From an uncultured Candidatus Saccharibacteria bacterium (GTDB taxonomy: Bacteria > Patescibacteriota > Saccharimonadia > CAILAD01 > JADZBC01): 53,025 bases of DNA. Within the stretch, counting starts at the first letter, position 1. Each line of letters begins with the position of its first letter. Position numbers and translations under genes: made by a program. This document shows positions 45,248 to 53,025 of the stretch, piece after piece. The stretch covers positions 66,850 through 119,874 of the forward strand of contig CAYPSN010000002.1 of assembly GCA_964413715.1 (NCBI GenBank), written 5' to 3'. The notes beneath the pieces are model-generated. The model saw nothing but the letters and a program-made list of their open reading frames with translations, was not told the DNA's origin and did no database searches.

Positions 45248-45883
45248 ATGACCGCACAAGTTATTACCATCGATGGAGGCGCTGGCGTAGGTGGCAGCAC
45301 CACGGCCGAAGCACTAAGTAAGGCACTCGGCTGCGAACACCTCAACGTCGGTGAAATCTACCGCGCCCTCACCTTCGAACTGGTTAGCCTCGGCTGGACG
45401 AAGAAGCAGATTATGAGCTCACCCATGCTGGCGGCCGAGCTGGCGGCCGGATTCAAGCTACAGATTGCTAACGGCAGCGTGGCTAGCGTGAATGGTCAAG
45501 ATTGCCAAGGCAAGCTACACGCAGCAGAAATCAGCAAGCTGGTTCCGACTGTTGCGGCCATTCCCGAGATGCGAGCTACCGCCAAGAAGGTAGAGAAGAA
45601 CTTCATTGCAACTCGGCCACTCAGCATCATCGAGGGTCGAGCGGGCGCCTGGAGTATCCCGCAAGCAGTGCTAAAAATCTGGCTGCATTGCGATCCAGAA
45701 ATCGCCGCCAAGCGGCGCGGCTGCACCGTAGCAGAGATCCTGGAGCGCAACCTAGCGGATGCTACACGCGAGCACTCGCCTATGATCAAGCACCCAGATG
45801 CAGTCGCCATCGACACGGGCAAGCTACTCCCGGCCGAGATTGTGCAGCGCATCACGCAGCTCTACCGCGAACTGGCAGAATGA
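45248..45883 (+). CDS. Cytidylate kinase-like P-loop kinase
   Basis: ITIDGGAGVGGST...LNVGEIYRAL resembles the Cmk N-terminus (IDGPxxxGKST...DTGxxYRA). P-loop Lys replaced (GVGGST). TATAAT at 45225-45230 upstream. Confidence 0.6.
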   Translation: MTAQVITIDGGAGVGGSTTAEALSKALGCEHLNVGEIYRALTFELVSLGWTKKQIMSSPMLAAELAAGFKLQIANGSVASVNGQDCQGKLHAAEISKLVPTVAAIPEMRATAKKVEKNFIATRPLSIIEGRAGAWSIPQAVLKIWLHCDPEIAAKRRGCTVAEILERNLADATREHSPMIKHPDAVAIDTGKLLPAEIVQRITQLYRELAE

Positions 45884-45927
45884 CGCGGACAGCTAGGTTC
45901 CTGGGGAGTCCTACCAAAACTCTCCCC

Positions 45928-45977
45928 CGATTCAGCAGATTATGTCTGCTCTGATGAGCCAAGCATGGCGAAAATCG
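45928..45977 (+). ncRNA. Type III hammerhead ribozyme (HH5) preceded by a hairpin
   Basis: CGAUU-C (cleavage after 45933), stem I AGCAGA-UUAUG-UCUGCU, CUGAUGA, stem II GCCA-AGCA-UGGC, GAAA, AUCG. Hairpin GGGGAGU/ACUCUCC at 45903-45925. Confidence 0.85.
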
Positions 45978-45995
45978 GTTATAGTTAGGAGAATA

Positions 45996-46520
45996 ATGAA
46001 CGAAGTTATCGAAATTGAACGCAAGTGGGTCCTCGATGGGCTACCTGAGGGGATCGTTCCGATAAAAAGCCATGAAATCGAACAGGCATACCTAGATGTT
46101 CGTGGTCTACGTTTGCGTAAAAAAGATGAGGGATACTTAATAACCTACAAGAGCAAGGGCGACTTAGCCCGCAGTGAGTGGGAGCAAGAGATTCCCGCTT
46201 GGACTTATGATGGGCTCAAAGCAGAAGCACGTGCGGTACTTCATAAAACTCGTCACGTCTACAATGGCGGCGAGGTGGCCCTAGAGCTCGATGAATACCA
46301 TGGCGAACTCGAAGGACTCTACACAATCGAAGCCGAATGGGCACTGGAAATCCCTAGCACACTCACCCTGAAAGCAAGACAAGAGCTGATTCAAGATGCC
46401 GAGAAGGCTGCCAAAAGCTACATTCTGCCCTATCAGTTCTCTAACGCTCACGAGGTCACAGGCCTTAAAGCTTATAGCAACCGCTCATTGGCAGTTCACG
46501 GCCTACCGAAGCCTAACTAA
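45996..46520 (+). CDS. CYTH-domain (triphosphate tunnel metalloenzyme) protein
   Basis: N-terminal EIERKW signature. ATG 45996 after AGGAGA. Backbone-like GC. Confidence 0.75.
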   Translation: MNEVIEIERKWVLDGLPEGIVPIKSHEIEQAYLDVRGLRLRKKDEGYLITYKSKGDLARSEWEQEIPAWTYDGLKAEARAVLHKTRHVYNGGEVALELDEYHGELEGLYTIEAEWALEIPSTLTLKARQELIQDAEKAAKSYILPYQFSNAHEVTGLKAYSNRSLAVHGLPKPN

Positions 46521-47569
46521 CCAAGTTCCTTCTTGAACTTCTCGACTAGTTCAACTGGAGCAGGGTCGATCTCGTTTAAAATGCCCATATATGCCGAAAC
46601 GTAGTCACCGAGCATAATTGTGCTAAGTAGCTGCTGAATGTGTGTGTTTCCTACTACTTCTACTTCGACAGGCTCGTAGCCGTGCTTAGCCAGCACTTGG
46701 CGCGTCACAACAAATCGTTTTTTTATACGTTCGCCATCGAGACTAGAATGAAGTTCCACCACCTGAGCATGCTTGTTTTCAGGAAACAGCCAACCTTGCA
46801 TTTCGTTATGATTCAGCTCAGGAAATACATTAGCGCTCGCCATTTGCTTGGCGTTTTCGTTAATATCAATCTTCCATTTATACGCCGCCGATGCCAACGT
46901 GGGGCCAGCATATATAATAGCGCCTTTGCCATGCAGTTGCTTAGCAATCTTTCGCGCCACAGAATCATCTGGTGCATCTAGATTCCACTGGGCCTTTTGT
47001 GTATCCAAATAGTCTGCTACATTTTGCAGCTCACGGCGCATGTCAACTTTGGAAGTTAAGCCAAGGTTTTCTAAAATGCATATTAACGCCTTAATGTCGG
47101 CGAAGACTCCTAGTCGAGGCTGAGAATAATGCTCGAGTTCAATATCTAAAAGCACTCTGTTTTTGGCCGACTTTTCGAGCAAGCCTCCACTCGACATAGT
47201 AATCACTTGTGAGTTATTGCGCTGTGCATCCTTTAGGCAACTTAGCGCCTCTTCTGTGTTACCTGAAGCGCTCGAAACTATTACAAGAGTTCGGTCATTC
47301 ACATAACCTGGCAAGCTATAGCCACGCACGACTTCAAGAGGAACAAGTAACTGCTCATTCAGCCAATTCTTCACAATCATGCCAGCCAAAGCTGAGCCGC
47401 CCATACCGGCAAAAATTATGTTGTGCACGCCTAATCCAAGCTCGGTACTGAGTTTGCCTCGCATGCTGTCAGCAAAGTTCAGTCGTAACTGTGCCGGTTG
47501 TGCGTCAATCGCATCGAAGATGTGGTGTTTGTCATATTTAGCTCGTTCGTCAGCCTTTACCATAACCAT
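46517..47569 (-). CDS. Bifunctional phosphoglucose/phosphomannose isomerase family (SIS domain)
   Basis: FAGMGGSALAG, VIVSSASGNTEE SIS motifs. Start moved to MVMVKADE (47569). Confidence 0.75.
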   Translation of the reverse strand: MVMVKADERAKYDKHHIFDAIDAQPAQLRLNFADSMRGKLSTELGLGVHNIIFAGMGGSALAGMIVKNWLNEQLLVPLEVVRGYSLPGYVNDRTLVIVSSASGNTEEALSCLKDAQRNNSQVITMSSGGLLEKSAKNRVLLDIELEHYSQPRLGVFADIKALICILENLGLTSKVDMRRELQNVADYLDTQKAQWNLDAPDDSVARKIAKQLHGKGAIIYAGPTLASAAYKWKIDINENAKQMASANVFPELNHNEMQGWLFPENKHAQVVELHSSLDGERIKKRFVVTRQVLAKHGYEPVEVEVVGNTHIQQLLSTIMLGDYVSAYMGILNEIDPAPVELVEKFKKELG

Positions 47570-47619
47570 ATTATACACGGTGTGTTTACTCCTGTCCGCC
47601 GTCAGATTATAATAAGTCA

Positions 47620-48480
47620 ATGAGCCCCGGCAGACCAGAAACTCAACCAAGAAACGAAACTCCTGACGCCAAGATGCAGGGCAGTGAGAAGATAGACCTT
47701 CTTCCTGGGCTAGAGGAACAAAGTCCAGAGGAGTTTGAATGGGCTGTGAGCGACTATTTTAAGGACGTGCAATCGGCAAGACAGCGTGCTATTGAAGAAA
47801 GACACCCAAACCCTTCTGCCGCTGCTAAAGAATTCGTATATAAAAAACATGTAGAGGGTGCTGAGTTCAAAGAACTAGGCAAGCTCTGTGAGATCCTTTT
47901 TCTTGCCCCCCTGGCAGCCGACATACAAGAACGCCTTGACCCTATCAATGATGAGTTAAGTAACCTAAATAACCGATATAGAGACAGAGAAAGTCGACCA
48001 CCAGAAGTTCAGCTCAGGATTGCAGAGCTTAAAAAGCTAAAGAAGCCATTATTAGATAGCATGATGCCCTTCAATCATTTACTTCGCGACTTTGTGATTG
48101 ATAACGGCGACCACATTTCTCACGAAAACCTTGAGAATTGGCTGAGTAAAGCAAATAACAATGTCCCCGGACCATTTAAGAAAATTTTATCTGGGTTCGC
48201 CGTGGAAGCAGCCTGTAACAGGTTTGTCATGCAAGGACTTGCGGGCGAAGATATCGCGTGTCGCAAAAGTACTATCGAAGAAGACAAGGCAGGTATTGAT
48301 ATGGTTATTATCTACCAAGGAAGAGAGATCAATGTAGATGTTAAGACTGGCGGCAATATTGCGGACGGACTAGGAAAAGTTAGCGAGCTAGACATCGAGA
48401 GAAATGAAGTAAGTGGTTTTGACATAAGCCCAAACGCGAGGATTGCTATAGCTAGACGTATACGTAATATGTTGACATAA
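47620..48480 (+). CDS. Hypothetical protein with a possible PD-(D/E)xK-like C-terminal motif
   Basis: 286-aa ORF (alternative start M19 at 47674). GIDMVIIYQGREINVDVK resembles D...(D/E)xK. Confidence 0.5.
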   Translation: MSPGRPETQPRNETPDAKMQGSEKIDLLPGLEEQSPEEFEWAVSDYFKDVQSARQRAIEERHPNPSAAAKEFVYKKHVEGAEFKELGKLCEILFLAPLAADIQERLDPINDELSNLNNRYRDRESRPPEVQLRIAELKKLKKPLLDSMMPFNHLLRDFVIDNGDHISHENLENWLSKANNNVPGPFKKILSGFAVEAACNRFVMQGLAGEDIACRKSTIEEDKAGIDMVIIYQGREINVDVKTGGNIADGLGKVSELDIERNEVSGFDISPNARIAIARRIRNMLT

Positions 48481-48500
48481 ATTAACAAAAGTGCTATTAT
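48472..48500 (+). promoter_or_regulatory. Sigma70 promoter overlapping the end of the upstream gene
   Basis: TTGACA 48472-48477, 17-nt spacer, TATTAT 48495-48500. Confidence 0.55.
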
Positions 48501-48527
48501 ATACTCTCATCAACCGAGGAGGTGAAG

Positions 48528-48689
48528 ATGAGCGACCGACGAGCTTGTGAGATGATCTCCGAGCACACCGTCAGTCATCCCCCGCACACAGCAGAAGCTC
48601 GCGCTGTCGTAATTGCACATATCGCTGCCTGCGATACCTGCAAGAACAAGTACGGAGCGGCAATCGCCGCATGGGACAACAACAACTGA
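48528..48689 (+). CDS. GC-rich 53-aa Cys/His-containing peptide
   Basis: Not in the ORF track (under 60 aa). ATG 48528 after GAGGAGG. Sequence MSDRRACEMISEHTVSHPPH...CDTCKNKY. Followed by 11-bp hairpin 48688-48721. Confidence 0.45.
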   Translation: MSDRRACEMISEHTVSHPPHTAEARAVVIAHIAACDTCKNKYGAAIAAWDNNN

Positions 48690-48737
48690 GGCTCCATGGA
48701 TCGCAAGGTTCATGGAGCCTCTGCTCGTTCATATAAG

Positions 48738-48764
48738 AAAAGGCCGAGTTAATCTCGGCCTTTT
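48738..48764. terminator. Bidirectional intrinsic terminator (also serves groEL)
   Basis: AAAAGGCCGAG-TTAAT-CTCGGCCTTTT. Confidence 0.8.
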
Positions 48765-48785
48765 CTTATCTAGAAGTAAGCGTGC

Positions 48786-50728
<1,943 letters not shown>

Positions 50729-50772
50729 TTCTACCTCCTTGTTAATTACACACAATTACTCTTTAGTAAGCA

Positions 50773-50799
50773 TTAGCACTCTAATGCTCTGAGTGCTAA
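50773..50799 (-). promoter_or_regulatory. CIRCE operator (HrcA binding site)
   Basis: Perfect TTAGCACTC-N9-GAGTGCTAA upstream of groES. Confidence 0.9.
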
Positions 50800-50854
50800 A
50801 CCTAGTGTACAAAAATCCCCCATTGAGCGTCAAGACCCAATTGATGGGCGTTTC

Positions 50855-50894
50855 TGTAATGAAAAGCCCGTCCCTAGATGTTAGGGACGGGCTT
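50855..50894 (-). terminator. Intrinsic terminator overlapping the stop of the SLOG-like gene
   Basis: AAGCCCGTCCCT-N7-AGGGACGGGCTT (50864-50894), followed on the minus strand by UUUUCAUUAC. Confidence 0.7.
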
Positions 50895-51356
50895 GTTGAG
50901 TACCGCCAACCAGTTGATGAGGATCTGCGACAGACGGCGCTCGGCCACTTTGCCAATGCCCGGGCTGCTGCTTTCACGACTACCTGCCACATTGAGTGTT
51001 AGGATGTCGTTCTCCACCAGCCAGCCTACCACCTCAACCGGGTCGCACTTGTGGAGCAGGTTCACTACGAGACACGGCTTGCCCTGTTCGTTGGCCACGT
51101 TACGAGTCAGCTTTGAGCCACCGCGCAGCGAACCACGAACAAGGATCAGCGTACCGTCGGACTCACACACATTCCTGCGTGTGCGCTGCCGGTAGCCCGA
51201 ACTCGGAGTCTCTTTGACAGAGTATTTGTCCGAAATCTGACCACGCTCGTTGTAGCGTCCCTTCGGCACCCAGCCGCCCGTTGGTATGCCCAGCTTGATG
51301 GCTGCATCCAGAGCCGCTTTGTCTACGCCGGTTTGAGCACCGCTAACGATCTTCAC
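50874..51356 (-). CDS. YpsA/'MoCo-carrier'-type SLOG-family protein
   Basis: IVSGAQTGVDKAALDAAIKLGIPTGGWVPKGR signature. GTG 51356 after AAGGGAGG. Overlaps the upstream ORF end by 14 nt. Confidence 0.65.
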   Translation of the reverse strand: MKIVSGAQTGVDKAALDAAIKLGIPTGGWVPKGRYNERGQISDKYSVKETPSSGYRQRTRRNVCESDGTLILVRGSLRGGSKLTRNVANEQGKPCLVVNLLHKCDPVEVVGWLVENDILTLNVAGSRESSSPGIGKVAERRLSQILINWLAVLNKPVPNI

Positions 51357-51939
51357 GGCGCCTCCCTTTGTAGAGCTGCATGTCGCCATCCTGGCCCAGC
51401 ACGTAGACTGGCAGCCCATCGTAGAACAACGAGGCCTTGGCCAACCCGACAATTACGTCGGGGTCGGGGTAGATTCTCGACCACCGAGTCGCCCTATTCT
51501 CAAGGACGAGTGGCCAGAACTCTCCCCAGTAGGCTTCCCCCTGATCCTCTTCCGCCAGCTCTTCCTCGAGCGGGTCTACGGACATGTCGTCCAAGCCTGA
51601 AAGTGCTTCGACATCGCAGTCGAACCCGGTGACACCACCTTCTTCGGCAATTCGCATCCTCAGATCGAAGAGCTCCGGGTCGTCGCCAACTACGACGGCG
51701 TAGACACGGCCTGCACCGCTCTGGATTCGTGAATCCAGGCGGCCGAACCACACACCGAACATGTCGAGCCACGACATGACACAGGCCTCGTGCGGCGCCA
51801 CCAGCTCGATGCCCTCCCCGCCGTGATCGACCGCGGGCAGAGTGACGACGGTTGGGCGCCGTTCCCGCAACTTCGCGCACAGAAACGCGAACTTCTTGAC
51901 TGGTACGTTGCCAATGACGACGATGATGTCGCGCATCAT
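51343..51939 (-). CDS. GC-rich hypothetical protein (about 198 aa)
   Basis: Start at tandem ATG ATG (51939 or 51936) after AAAGGAGGA. No motif recognised. Confidence 0.5.
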   Translation of the reverse strand: MMRDIIVVIGNVPVKKFAFLCAKLRERRPTVVTLPAVDHGGEGIELVAPHEACVMSWLDMFGVWFGRLDSRIQSGAGRVYAVVVGDDPELFDLRMRIAEEGGVTGFDCDVEALSGLDDMSVDPLEEELAEEDQGEAYWGEFWPLVLENRATRWSRIYPDPDVIVGLAKASLFYDGLPVYVLGQDGDMQLYKGRRREDR

Positions 51940-51987
51940 TCCTCCTTTGTAAAGAGCGTGAATTGGGCCTTCCAACTCAACGTGCAG

Positions 51988-52016
51988 ATTATACAAACTT
52001 TATGTATTTTTGTCAA
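51988..52016 (-). promoter_or_regulatory. Perfect-consensus sigma70 promoter for the GC-rich two-gene operon
   Basis: TTGACA (52016-52011), 17-nt spacer, TATAAT (51993-51988). Confidence 0.65.
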
Positions 52017-52052
52017 TAATATTTGTATAATTTGAAGATTTATGCTTTATTT

Positions 52053-52093
52053 TGTCAATATCTATTTTGACAAACGCTGGAATGTGCTACAAT
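52053..52093 (+). promoter_or_regulatory. Promoter of TrmB paralog 3 within a TGTCAA-N8-TTGACA palindrome
   Basis: Palindrome 52053-52072. TTGACA 52067-52072, extended -10 TGcTACAAT 52085-52093, then 6 nt to ATG 52100 (leaderless). Confidence 0.55.
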
Positions 52094-52099
52094 ATGGAT

Positions 52100-52837
52100 A
52101 TGGAAAATACCCTACACGAACTCGGCCTGTCAAAATCTCAGGCTCGCGCCTATATGATACTTATTGATAACGGAAGACTCGACCCTCTTTCGTTGGCCAA
52201 AAAAACTGGCGAGGCTAGAACGAACGCTTATATGATTATGGAGCGGCTAGCGGACTTGGGGCTTGCTGTGCGCGACGAAGTGAAGAAGAAGCGAATCTAT
52301 CGCCCATCAAGCCCGTTGGGACTCCAAAGATTGGCTGAAAGACAGAGAGCGAAAGCGCATGAGCAAGAAAGAAAAATTAAGCAAGCCATGCCAGATCTTC
52401 TCCGCTATTTTCATGAAAAGTACAGCCAACCTAGTGTTAGGTTTTTACAGGGCCATGATGGAATCAACCAAATTTACAAGGATCATTTGGCGCAAGATGG
52501 AGATATTTATGTATTTCGCACCCAAGAAGATTACAAGTACTACGGTGATGACCTAAATAGCTATTTGGAAGATAAGGCAAGAAAAGGAATAAAAACCGAA
52601 ATTATATCACCTCAATCCAAAATTGCGCTGCAAAACTTTAAAAACAACCCACTTGGACGAGAATTCACATGGGTACCAGAAGAAAGCTATACGGCTCCTG
52701 TCGAGATATCTATATATGGTAATAAAGCAGCCTTCACGTCATTTGGCGAGGAAGCAGTCGCTCTAATAGTGGAAAGTCCCCAAATCGCAAAAGCATTACG
52801 CGAGATTTTTCTTCTGGTTAAAACAAGGGGTATATAG
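52100..52837 (+). CDS. TrmB-family transcriptional regulator (paralog 3)
   Basis: LGLSKSQARAYMILIDNGRLDPLSLAKKTGEARTNAYMIMERLADLGLA wHTH. Start moved to MENTLHEL (52100). Confidence 0.8.
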   Translation: MENTLHELGLSKSQARAYMILIDNGRLDPLSLAKKTGEARTNAYMIMERLADLGLAVRDEVKKKRIYRPSSPLGLQRLAERQRAKAHEQERKIKQAMPDLLRYFHEKYSQPSVRFLQGHDGINQIYKDHLAQDGDIYVFRTQEDYKYYGDDLNSYLEDKARKGIKTEIISPQSKIALQNFKNNPLGREFTWVPEESYTAPVEISIYGNKAAFTSFGEEAVALIVESPQIAKALREIFLLVKTRGI

Positions 52838-52851
52838 CTAAATAGTGTGAT

Positions 52852-52904
52852 GCAACTTTCGTCCTTTTGGACTCATCAGAATAACCCGACAGTTATTGAG
52901 TTGC
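52852..52904 (-). ncRNA. Type III hammerhead ribozyme (HH7) preceded by a UUCG-capped hairpin
   Basis: Minus strand: GCAACU-C (C at 52898), stem I AAUAAC-UGUCGG-GUUAUU, CUGAUGA, stem II GUCC-AAAA-GGAC, GAAA, GUUGC. A 10-bp hairpin CACCCCGGGC-UUCG-GCCUGGGGUG at 52905-52928 lies immediately 5' on that strand. Confidence 0.8.
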
Positions 52905-53025
52905 CACCCCAGGCCGAAGCCCGGGGTGAGGAGTTTATGTGGCTTACTCCTGTGCCTGCGTAGCTGGGGTAGCTACTTGTTGTGTTGCGGCTTAGTTGCC
53001 GCTGCTGTCCACGATGACGGGGGTC

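Overview
53-kb window from a bacterium whose backbone is about 48% GC by hand count of sample 60-mers. The gene set includes polA, rpoD-dnaG, groES-groEL with a perfect CIRCE operator, an LCP protein, TldD/PmbA, a heliorhodopsin and many small membrane proteins. This looks like a reduced, Gram-positive-like or Patescibacteria/Saccharibacteria-type genome, but that placement is inference only. The backbone is interrupted by at least 13 short GC-rich segments (about 60-65% GC). Most carry one or two ORFs placed behind an AT-rich consensus sigma70 promoter and ahead of a GC-rich hairpin. The main result is eight canonical type III hammerhead ribozymes, read directly from the sequence: 650-700 (+), 37516-37569 (-), 43317-43373 (+), 44042-44094 (+), 44739-44791 (+), 45162-45216 (+), 45928-45977 (+) and 52852-52904 (-). 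Seven of them sit directly behind a stable hairpin. Five punctuate one operon (43.0-46.5 kb), so each of five ORFs has a ribozyme directly upstream and four are flanked on both sides. These ORFs are a P-loop kinase-like ATPase, a DEDDh exonuclease, a Zn-ribbon protein, a cytidylate-kinase-like protein and a CYTH protein. The second unusual locus is an almost ORF-free, GC-rich RNA region (35.9-39.35 kb). There ssrA (tmRNA) has no room for its own promoter and lies downstream of a promoter, a 1.16-kb structured ORF-less RNA, a hammerhead and a small ORF. A separate 430-nt ORF-less unit bounded by a promoter and a terminator lies next to it. Three paralogous TrmB-like regulators with apparently leaderless starts sit at TGTCAA-N6-8-TTGACA palindromic promoter regions that abut GC-rich cassettes. 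I saw one tRNA-Ser(GGA). I saw no CRISPR array, no rRNA and no intact integrase or transposase.
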